From positions 30,070,001 to 30,134,000 of the forward strand of contig OX597825.1 of assembly GCA_951406725.2 (NCBI GenBank): a DNA stretch of 64,000 nucleotides, given 5' to 3'. The DNA comes from Octopus vulgaris. Its lineage: Eukaryota. Positions within the stretch are counted from its first letter, which is position 1; each line of letters opens with the position of its first letter. The position numbers were made by a program, and so were the translations under genes. Below the pieces are notes generated by a model. That model was not told the DNA's origin. It ran no database searches and saw nothing but the letters and a program-made list of their open reading frames with translations. Positions 53,446 to 64,000 of this stretch are shown one piece after another.

Positions 53446-53918
53446 CCAATCAGGACTCACGCCATTAGCCACAAAGAATAATCTCTAATTCGAGCCTACT
53501 CTAAGCTACTAAGAATGCGTGCGGCAACTTGAAGATCCACCCACCACACGCGATAGACTGGCGGTTGCACGGGCGCAAAAGCTACGCTGTTATCCTCATT
53601 CTGTAAACGGTGGCTTTTAACGGGTGGAGAGCTGAACCATCCTGAGGTACAGAGGATTCGCAATCTAGACTAGGGTCTGAAAGTTTACCACACCATAGTG
53701 AGTTACACCATGGTTTCTTTGTGGCAGAAGTAGGAAGAAAGAGTGAGAGAAAGTTGTGGTGAAAGAGTACAGTGGGATTCAACCCCCGACCGCTGGAGCC
53801 TCCTGGAGTTTAGGTGTTTTTGCTCAATAAACACTCACAATGCCCGGTCTGGGAATTGAAACCACGTTCTTACGACCACGAGTCTGCTGCCCTAACCACT
53901 GGGCCATTGCGCCTCCAC
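53380..53918 (-). mobile_element. SINE with a family C head, a different body and a (GAA)n tail
   Basis: 53740-53918 matches the head of 56214-56595. 53446-53730 is unrelated and ends in a (TTC)n tract. Confidence 0.65.
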
Positions 53919-54068
53919 TTGTTGCTGCTGTTGCATTGTTGTTGCTGCATCTAAAGCAACTGCTGTTGTAGCTGTTATTATCTCAACACTGCAGGCACAG
54001 AAATACAATCAAAAGCATTCCAGCCTTGACCAACCCATCTTTTTTAGTTGGGACTGAATGGGTAGATA

Positions 54069-54488
54069 CTCTCTTTTCTCTTTTTTACTCTCTTTTACTT
54101 GTTTCAGTCATTTGACTGCGGCCATGCTGGAGCGCCACCTTTAGTCGAGCAAATCGACCCCAGGACTTATTCTTTGTAAGCCCAGTACTTATTCTATTGG
54201 TCTCTTTGGCCGAACTGCTAGATGACGGGGATGTAAACACACCAGCATTGGTTGTCAAGCAATGCTAGGGGGACAACCACAGACACACAAACACACACAC
54301 ACATACATATATATATACATATATACGACAGGCTTCTTTCAGTTTCCATCTACCAAATCCACTCACAAGGCATTGGTCGGCCCGGGGCTATAGCAGAAGA
54401 CACTTGCCCAAGATGCCACGCAGCGGGACTGAACCCGGAACCATGTGGTTGGTTAGCAAGCTACTTACCACACAGCCACTCCTGCGCC
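54069..54488 (-). mobile_element. SINE family A
   Basis: Reverse complement of family A. Confidence 0.85.
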
Positions 54489-55511
54489 TTGATTTGAGAG
54501 AGAGATTTCACTGTTATTTCTAGCTAGGAGCTCAACAGACCACATAAAGTTTCCCTTGTTAGCTCCAAATAATATAAAGTCAGGCAGCAAAAATGTGAAT
54601 AAAATAATCCCAGATGAAAGACAAAGTCTCCACCCCACCCCATAAATATCCAATATTGAAATAGAATGAACAGATGACAATAAAGATGATTGGAGATCAA
54701 TAGGCCTAGGGGATAAATACATTATAGTTGCTAGTGTTGCTGCTGCGCCTGCTGCTGGTGCTGTTGCTCTTGTTGTTGTTGTTGTAGTTGTTGCTGCTTT
54801 TGTTACTGTCGCAACTGCTGCCACGGTTGCTGCTGTTGTTGTTTAATTCCAGGTCAGGCTTCATCGAAAATCTATATAAACAATGTTATTCCTACCTTGA
54901 CCATTTCATCTTTTTATATATCAGAATGACATTATCCAAAATGTCCAATTTTGTTTTGGTTTTTTTTTACCTTTTCTCTTGTTTTTTTTTTGGGGTGGGG
55001 CGGGTAGTAAAAGAGGGAAACAAGGTTGTCGTTTCTACCTGGTTGAAAAATCTATGTATAGAAATCCTCATTGGTCTGAAGAGATTTCTCAAAGTATTAC
55101 ATTGGTGTTACAACATTTTAGCTTTGCTCCTATACATCACTGGTTCTCGACTGGGGCCCACATGACTCTTCTCTTAGGGCCCATTCTGAAGTCACATGGC
55201 TTAGTGGTTAGGGTGTCAGACTCATGATCGTGCTGTGTTCTTGAGCAAAACACTTCATTTCATGTTGCTCCAGATCAATCAGCTAGCGAAATGAGTAATC
55301 CTGAGATGGACTGGCATCCCATCCCGGTGGAGAATTTATACACCAAGAAACTGAGAAACCAGCCCTTATGAGATGGTTTTGACTGGAGAAGGTAATTTGG
55401 TCGCGTCAATGTATAATTTTCTTGCTAAAATTTAAGTACAATAAAATTGGTTTTATTTCTAAAAAAACACTGAATATTTCAACAATTTTTCTTATACAAT
55501 TCTTAATAATA

Positions 55512-55922
55512 GGTGCTGGAGTGGCTGTGTGGTAAGTAGCTTGTTTACGAACCACATGGTTCTGGGTTCAGTCCCACTGCATGGCACCTAGGGCAAGTGT
55601 CTTCTACTATAGCCTCAGGCTGACCAAAGCCATGTGAGTGGATTTGGTAGATGGAAACTGAAAGAAGCCCGTCGTATATATGTATATGTATATATGTATA
55701 TGTGTGTATATGTTTGTGTATCTGTGTTTGTCCCCCCCAACATCGCATGAAAACCAATGCTGGTGTGTTTACATCCCTGTCACTTAGCGGTTTGGCAAAA
55801 GAGACCGATAGAATAAGTACTAGGCTGCCAAAGAATAAGTCCTGGGGTCGATTTGCTTGACTAAAGGTGGTGCTCCAGCATGGCCGCAGTCAAATGACCG
55901 AAACAAGTAAAAGAGTAAAAGA
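55512..55922 (+). mobile_element. SINE family A
   Basis: Full-length similarity to family A. Confidence 0.85.
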
Positions 55923-56213
55923 GAGAGAGAGTAATTAATTTTGAAAATAATAATAGGGTAGTTAAAACATTGAATGGCTTTCAGGCTCCATTCAAATAAA
56001 ATAGCAATCAAAGGCATCCATAGGTAAAAAAAATGGTTGAGAATCATTGCTCTAGGGTCTGAATTAGTATCCCAATGAGGCTGAGTTAGAATATTACCAT
56101 TCTTGGAATTGTAGTCAGTACCAGTAATTCACTGAGGGCATTAAAAATGACAATATCTATTCCTTTAGAATTTTATGACTTGTGCCCTCATAAGTAATCA
56201 CCAACATGCTTTA

Positions 56214-56595
56214 GTGGAAGCATTCCGTCGGTTACGACGATGAGGGTTCCGGTTGATCCGATCAACAGAACAGCCTGCTCGTGAAATTAACGTGTAAGTG
56301 GCTGAGCTCTCCACAGACACGTGTACCCTTAACGTAGTTTTCGGGGATATTCAGCGTGACACAGAGAGTGACAAGGCCGGCCCTTTGAAATACAGGTACA
56401 ACTGAAACAGGAAGTAAGAGTGAGAGAAAGTTGTGGTGAAAGAGTACAGCAGGGATCACCACCATCCCTGCCGGAGCCTCGTGGAGCTTTAGGTGTTTTC
56501 GCTCAATAAACACTCACAACGCCCGATCTGGGAATCGAAACCGCGATCCTACGACCGTGAGTCCGCTGCCCTAACCACTGGGCCATTGCGCCTCA
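56214..56595 (-). mobile_element. tRNA-derived SINE family C
   Basis: Head gaggcgcaatggcccagtggttagg..ggtttcgattccc. TSD accaacatgcttta at 56200-13 and 56596-609. Confidence 0.85.
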
Positions 56596-57283
56596 ACCAA
56601 CATGCTTTACTGGCACTGCTAGATAACCAAATTCTTTAATAATATTATGGAAGGTCAGTGAGGTTCCTACTAAGATGGTTCTTTTATCTTATCTGCATTG
56701 TTCCATGTTGTTTTGTCTTTGGATGGGGCCAGGATTTTAGGATTCCAAAAGCTTAAGTTTTTCAGTAAAGCAAGGTCACTAGACCCTCATTCGGTCTTTC
56801 TCCATTTTTAAAATTCTCCCATCACCTTTCTCAAGGCACAAGATAGCTGATCCTAAGAGTGAGAGAAAAAGAGAGAGAGAGAGGGGGGAGACAGAGACAG
56901 AGAGACAGACAGAAAGAGTGAAAGTGAGAGAGAGAGAGTTGAATAGATTCTGGAACTTGACTGATACATTTATTATTGATCCCAGAACAATGAAAGGCCA
57001 AAATTGACATGAGTATGAATTGAACTCAGAATGTAAAGAGATGAAATAAATGCGACAAAGCTTTGCTTTCACTCTAATGAGTGTATCAATTTGCCAGTAT
57101 TACTAGGTTGATTACAATGGGTTAAATCAATATATTGATTAGCATTAATATACATAAGAGAAAAGAAATCATACGTAAGTTTGAAATGTTGAGGAGAAGA
57201 CAAAAGTTGTGGGATCAAGAAATTACAATATGAATGAATGAAGTATCTTCTATCAGATTTCTTTGCTCTGCAACAACCACAAC

Positions 57284-57342
<59 letters not shown>

Positions 57343-57353
57343 TAACAAAACTA

Positions 57354-57387
<34 letters not shown>

Positions 57388-57388
57388 T

Positions 57389-57805
57389 AAAGAAATTAAG
57401 GCCAACAGACCAGATATAGTTGTCAGAGATCATGAAGAAAAAAAATGCTTTCTAATTGATGTATCAATACCGGCAGATGACAACGTGTCTCTAAAAGAAA
57501 TGGAGAAACTCTCAAAATACAAAGACTTGGAAATAGAGGTAACTAGAATGTGGAATCTGAAAACAGAAACAATTCCTATCATAGTAGGTGCATTAGGCAT
57601 GATAAAAAATATTCAGACAAATACATAACAAAAACACCAGGACTTACAAACACATATAACATACAGAAAATTGCACTACTAGGCACTGCACACATCCTAC
57701 GCAGAACACTTTCCATACAATAACCATCAGAGCATCACAACAAATCACAGCACATACCCAAGGCACACAGAGCTGCGCTCGGTAGTGAAGTGAAAGCATG
57801 CTAAA
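57389..57805 (+). mobile_element. Dong/R4-like RLE-domain 3' fragment with 3' UTR
   Basis: KEIKANRPDIVVRD..FLIDVSIPADDNV..KYKDLEIEVTRMWNL..IPIIVGALG (PD-(D/E)xK endonuclease). Lies within (AAT)n. Confidence 0.85.
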
Positions 57806-57818
57806 AAAAAAAGAGAGA

Positions 57819-57856
<38 letters not shown>

Positions 57857-57858
57857 TA

Positions 57859-58415
57859 AATGCCCTGATGCAGTACCAGGCAGTGGCTCTCATGGCTTCT
57901 GATCTTAACTGATTGGAAGTGTTATCATGTACATTGTTTTGTCTTGGTATAAAAGATGGGCTACAGCAAATATTCTGCTCAATACCACAGATTTGCTTGT
58001 CAGTTGTTTGACCTTAACGAGTTGAGCATGTCCTTTAGTGGCTGAATATATGTGCATCTCTGATCACGAGCAGAAGTAGTGGGGGAGCATCATAGCCATG
58101 TGTTGAGAGGGATTCTTTGGGGTTTGAATAATTCACCTCTGGAAACATGGGTGGTTCTTTCAACATCCTTAAACAACCCTTATTCAGAGACCTTTTGAGC
58201 GGGATGGGCTACTCAACCTGAAGAAAATTCTAACTGGGCTCCACCTGCAAGGTCATGTGCTGTTTATCTTGATATGAGATCACCATGTCGCGCACATATG
58301 GTTGTGATGCATGTGCCTAGTGTACCTTTATCAGACGGGTAGTCATGATGGGTATTTTGGGCTTCGTATATTTTACCCCAGTGTCACTTTGATGGCATGC
58401 TCTGCTCTCTCACTC
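57859..58415. mobile_element. ~560-bp unclassified insert in (AAT)n
   Basis: Balanced-composition block with sharp boundaries and (AAT)n on both sides. No recognisable ORF. Confidence 0.45.
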
Positions 58416-58462
<47 letters not shown>

Positions 58463-58482
58463 TAATAATAATGATAATAATG

Positions 58483-58519
<37 letters not shown>

Positions 58520-58521
58520 TG

Positions 58522-58603
<82 letters not shown>

Positions 58604-58620
58604 CAACAATAACAAAACTA

Positions 58621-58654
<34 letters not shown>

Positions 58655-58865
58655 GTTTCAAATTTTGCCACAAGGGCAGCAATTTTGGGGGAGGCAATAA
58701 GTCAATTTCATCGACCCCAGTATTTCACTGGTACTTAATTTATCGACCTGAAAGGATGAAAGGTAAAGTCGACCTCAGTGGAACTTGAACTTAGGATGTA
58801 AAGACAGACAAAATGCCACTAGGCGTTTTGCCCGGCATACTAATAATTCTGCCAGATCACTGCCT
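58655..58865 (-). mobile_element. SINE family D
   Basis: Reverse complement of the family D core and head. Confidence 0.7.
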
Positions 58866-59498
58866 TCATAATATTAATAATAATGATGATAATAATAATA
58901 ATAATAATAATAATAACTCATGCCAAAGAAGACATTGGAGCTTGGTACAATCATCTAGCACATTGGTGTCCATCAAACCAGCTAACCTATGCCAACATGA
59001 AAAATGAATGTTAGAAAAATGATGTGAGGATGATGATAAAGGTTTTAATGTTGATGATGAGGAAGACTCTGGGAAATTACTCAATTATATATACATTCTT
59101 AATCCTATTTTGGTGCAAAAATTCATAAATATACATTAAATTGTTTAAGTTAAAGATTTTATTTATGTCTTTGCTTCCATTCCAAAAATAAATTGTTTAA
59201 AGCAAAACAATTTCATGTATATCATTATAGTAATGATTTGAATTTATGCCTTGAATTTCTCCATAGTTAAGGGTGTTAAAGCACAACACACAAACTTGTT
59301 GCATTATGTTAAAAATATTTGATTGTTATGTGCAATTGTGACCATATGGCTTTTGGTTCAATACCACATTTGGTTCTTCTATTATAGTTTTAGGCTGATC
59401 AATAAGTTGTAAGTGAATTTGTTAGACAGAGACTGTGAAGAAGCCATTCATTTATGTGTGTGTGTGTGTGTGTGTGCGTGCATTTGTGTGTATGTATG

Positions 59499-59718
59499 TA
59501 CTCTTTTACTATTTTACTTCTTTCAGTCATTTGATTGTGGCCGTGCTGGAGCACTGCCTTTCAGTCGAGCAAATCGACCCCAGGACATATTCTTTGTAAG
59601 TCTAGTACTTATTCTATTGGTCTCTCTTGCTGAACCACTAAGTTATGGGGCCGTAAACACACCAGCATCGGTTGTCAAGCGATGTTGCGAGGACAAACAT
59701 AGACACACAAACATATAT

Positions 59719-59763
<45 letters not shown>

Positions 59764-59934
59764 AATATATACAACGAGGTTCTTTCAGTTTCTGCCTACC
59801 AAATTTACTCAAAAGGCTTTAGTCAGCCCGAGACTATAGCAGAAGACACTTGCCTAAGGTGCCACGCAGTGGGACTGAACCCGGAACCATGTGTTTCGTA
59901 AACAAGCTACTTACCACACAGCCACTCCTATGCC
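59499..59934 (-). mobile_element. SINE family A, nested in the microsatellite of an older + strand copy (~59310-60210)
   Basis: Reverse complement of family A. A decayed head lies upstream and a 3' half (60000-60210) downstream on +. Confidence 0.8.
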
Positions 59935-60324
59935 TATTATGTATGTATGTATGTATGTATGTATGTATGTATGTATGTATGTATGTATGTATGTATGTAT
60001 TTGTGTGTTTGTGTTTGTCCCCCACCATTGCTTGACAACTGATGTTGGTGTGCTTACGTCCCTGTAACTTAGCAGATCGGCAAAAGAGACTAATAGTAAA
60101 AGTACTACGCTTACAAAGAATACGTTCTGGGGTCAATTTGTTCGACTAAAGGTGATACTGCAGCATGGCCACAGTCAAATTACTGAACCAAATAAAAGAA
60201 TAAAAGAACATGTGTGTGTGTGTATGTCTGTGTTTTTGTGTATTTGGATGCATGTTTGTATGTATATATATATACACACACACACACATACACATTGACC
60301 AGACTATTGGATGTTGTTATACAT

Positions 60325-60445
60325 CACTGGAACCGCTGTTGACACTGGCTTATGCTTATTGTCCGTTCTCCAGATACTGCATTAATATTCCTTGCACTTT
60401 CCATTGCATTGTTGCTTTTATTGAATTCATAAACCAAAATATATA
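60325..60445 (-). mobile_element. Mariner N-terminal HTH fragment
   Basis: ILVYEFNKSNNAMESARNINAVSGERTISISQCQQRFQ. Confidence 0.7.
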
Positions 60446-60458
60446 TAGATGAATAAAC

Positions 60459-60497
<39 letters not shown>

Positions 60498-60501
<4 letters not shown>

Positions 60502-60760
60502 TGTCGGTGACATGTAAAAAGCACCTACCGATCGTGGTCGTTTGCCAGCCTCCTCTGGCCCCTGTGCCAGTGACATGTAAAAAGCACCCACTACACTCAT
60601 GGAGTGGTTGGTGTTAGGAAGGGCATCCAGCTGCAAAAGCATTGCCAAATAAGACTGGAGCCTGGCACAGCCTCCTGGCTTGCCAGACCCTGGTCGAACC
60701 ATCCAACCCATGCTAGCATGGAAAACGAACGTTAAACGATGATGATGATGATGATGATGA
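60498..60760 (+). mobile_element. RTE 3'-UTR/tail repeat (family E) in (TA)n
   Basis: Near-identical to 11550-11815. Confidence 0.8.
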
Positions 60761-61094
60761 TATATATAAGAAAAATATGAAAAATAAGAAAATAGAGATA
60801 AATCAATTAATAATTATATTTATTAATTACAAAAATTAATAGATACAATTATTAATTGATTTATCTCTATATTCTTATTTTTCTTTAAATATAAACCTCG
60901 GTTTATTTAATTACCTATTTTTGAGTATTAAAACTAATATTGAAAATAGATAATAGGTAAGTATCAAGTAAATTCTTGGGAAATAATTATCCCTTAATGA
61001 GGCTTATTTAACCTCTAATTGAACTTTTATATAAATATATAGAAAGATGGGGAGGAGGGAGGAAGAGAGAGAGATGGACAGATGTATAGATTGA

Positions 61095-61108
61095 CTGATA
61101 GATAGATT

Positions 61109-61147
<39 letters not shown>

Positions 61148-61148
61148 G

Positions 61149-61213
<65 letters not shown>

Positions 61214-61288
61214 ATAGATACATAGATACATAGGTAGATAGATAGATAGATAGATAGATGGATAGATGGATATATGGATAGATAGATG

Positions 61289-61352
<64 letters not shown>
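61095..61352. repeat. (GATA)n microsatellite
   Basis: Direct inspection. Confidence 0.95.
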
Positions 61353-61353
<1 letters not shown>

Positions 61354-62266
61354 CTTAGTATATGTATGGACATGCAAGTTGACCACAGTCCAGTGATGAA
61401 TACAAGGAAAAGAATAAAAAATAAAAGAATGTTATTGATTTTGTTAAATGTTGTTAAAAGTGTAACACTCAAGCACACATCATGACAAGCAGAATAATAT
61501 TATTGATTCATTTTGACAAGGGAACAGGTATGGCAAAATAAAACCATAAATAAGAAACTGGTGAAGGATTATCTGTAGAAGTAGTGGTGGCAGAATCGTT
61601 AGCATGTTGGACAAAATGCTTAACAGCATTTTATCTATTAGGTTTTGTTACATCATGACAGCTGAGGGGATGCAAAAAAAAAAAAAGATGGAAAATATTG
61701 AAAAAGATTGGTCAGAAGATTGAAACTCTCAGTTGTAGCATTAGCAAAACTCTGCTTAAAACACTTTAAAACCAGCGTTAATATTGATATTATAGAAACA
61801 TTTTGAAGGACTGAAAATAGTATTAGCACAATTTATTAGATTTTGCAAGGATCATACTGCCAATAAATACATACACTGGTAGTAGTTCACTTCAGGTTTT
61901 TGTTATATTGTCAGAAATTTTCATCACACATCTGTGGCCTTTTCAATTATTTTCAATTTTCCAGATATTTGATGAAAGTTTTGTGGCAATACAATTAAAA
62001 CTGAAGTAAACCACACCCTGTGTGTGTATGCATGTTTGGAGGCAGAATGACCCTCTCAAAGTATAGCAATATTTGTTTCAACACAGAGTGTTGAATTCTT
62101 GCAAAGCAAATTGAACAACGGTGGGCAGTAGAAGCTGAGAGAAAAAGAAAAAGGTTGCAGACACATGTCATCTACTATTTTGAGAATAAACTTCCATAAA
62201 ATTTTGGAGGATTTAGGTAACTAATCACAAAATAGTTACAATATTATTTTACTTGCTTCTGCTTAT

Positions 62267-62418
62267 TATTTACGTTTGACAGATATTTGTCCTCATCTTG
62301 TTTGTTGTTAACACAACATTTCAACTGATATACCCTCCAGTCTTTATCAGGTGTCTTGGTGAAATTTCGAACTTGGGTTCACATTCCTAAGGTATTTTTC
62401 GATGTTTTTATTATTATC

Positions 62419-62480
<62 letters not shown>

Positions 62481-62640
62481 TATTCTTCAGGTCACTGCCT
62501 GGAATCGAATTTGGAATCTTGGGGTTAGTAGCCCTCGCTCTTAACCACTACGCCATATGCCGTGGCATCGTAGTTAAGAGTGCAGACTACTAACCCCAAG
62601 ACTCTGAGTTCAATTCCAGGCAGTGACCTGAATAATAAAA

Positions 62641-62706
<66 letters not shown>

Positions 62707-62929
62707 GATAATAATAATATCAACAACAATAATGATAACATCAAAAAATACCTTAGGAATTCGAACCCATGTTCAAAATTTCCCCAAGACACCTGATGAA
62801 TGTTGGAGGGTATATCAGCCGAAAAGTGCTAACAACAAACAAAATGAGGACAAATATCCGTTAAATGTAAATAATGTAAGTAATGTAAATAATGTACATA
62901 TATCCTCATCTCTTAAATATAGAACTGTA
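62267..62929. mobile_element. Head-to-head palindromic tRNA-SINE dimer with minimal hammerhead-like tails
   Basis: Arms 62265-62560 and 62562-62875 are inverted. Each has an A/B-box tRNA-like head, (AAT)n, then gacac-CTGATGA-stemII-GAAA. 14-bp direct repeat ttgcttctgcttat at 62253-62266 and 62930-62943. Confidence 0.75.
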
Positions 62930-64000
62930 TTGCTTCTGCTTATATTTGTACATGTGCTCACCTTTTATGTCTTAAACACCTCAAATGAAACTGAAGACAT
63001 ACCATATATGCTTGTAGATAAGTCACATTTCTCTGTCATACTCTAACCTTTCATCATCCAACACAAGATCACTTCCTCTAGTGCCTTTCCACTATAGCAA
63101 GACACTTGTTTCTGCCTACTCTATCTTTCCATCAAACTCTAACCTTTCATCATCTGACACAAGATCCCCTCCTCCAATTCCCCTGCATCTCTCAAAATTC
63201 CTTGTCTTGCAAATTACTTGATGACCCAGCCAGTGCTGGTGCCACGTAAAAAAGCATCCAGTCCATATTGTAAAGTGGTTGGCATTTGGAAGGGCACCCA
63301 GCTGTAAAAACCATGCCAACACTGACCTCGCATGTGCTGGTGCCACATAATAAGCACTAAGTCCACTCTGTAGAGTGTTGGTGTTAGGAAGGGCATCCAG
63401 TTGTAAAAACCCTGCCAAAACAGACACAGTAGCCTGGGGTAGTCTTCTACCTGTCAGGCTCCTGTCAGTCATGCCACCCATGCATTCATGGAAGTCAGAT
63501 ATTAAACAATGATGATGATGATGATGTTGATGATGATGATGATGATGATGCTGATGATGATGATAGTTATGAAAATCTGCATATGATTTATTTACCAAAC
63601 CATGCTCTGGGTTAGAAATTTACTGCACACACGAACACTCACATGCACTCTTCCTTGCACACCACTTACACACACACGCATGCACACACAGACAAATGAT
63701 TTTGTAAGTTGATAATGTCACTACTATATAATCCAAATATCATTGTTATGAAACATGTACACTGATGATATCATGTACAAAAACAAAAATGACTGCTTAA
63801 ACAGAAATTGAATTCTGTTACAATCATACATGTAACGATATGTGGTTTTATGAATTTATATATCCATGCTTTCCGTGTGTACAAAACATAAACTTAGTTC
63901 TCTATTGGCCAACTATAAACCTAATTCCCATTAGATGCTGCTCATACTGTCAGTCAATCTGGAATGGTGATTTAAAAGCATCGGTTGGTCTGTTTGTTCT

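Overview
AT-rich, microsatellite-saturated animal DNA. The SINE families, the RTE and Dong/R4 content and the microsatellite load suggest an Octopus-like coleoid cephalopod (inference). No intact host gene is present. There is one convincing 37-nt candidate exon (46435-46471, +), so the window is probably mostly intronic. It contains a young 5'-truncated RTE LINE with a PHD-like finger, Dong/R4-type RLE fragments in (AAT)n, a decayed Helitron plus a non-autonomous Helitron, Tc1/mariner relics, solo LTRs, foldback elements and many tRNA-derived SINEs. The main signal is a set of hammerhead-ribozyme (HHR) elements next to a Penelope-like (PLE) RT relic. First, a near-pristine 490-bp tandem unit (16034-17270) carries a complete type-I hammerhead with a large GU-rich stem-II extension and a 5' inverted partial copy, i.e. 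a retrozyme/pLTR-like element. Second, head-to-head palindromic tRNA-SINE dimers end in minimal hammerhead motifs, and one of them is framed by a single 14-bp TSD (62267-62929). Third, there are further decayed HHR-like repeats. All folds and alignments were done by eye and none were computed.
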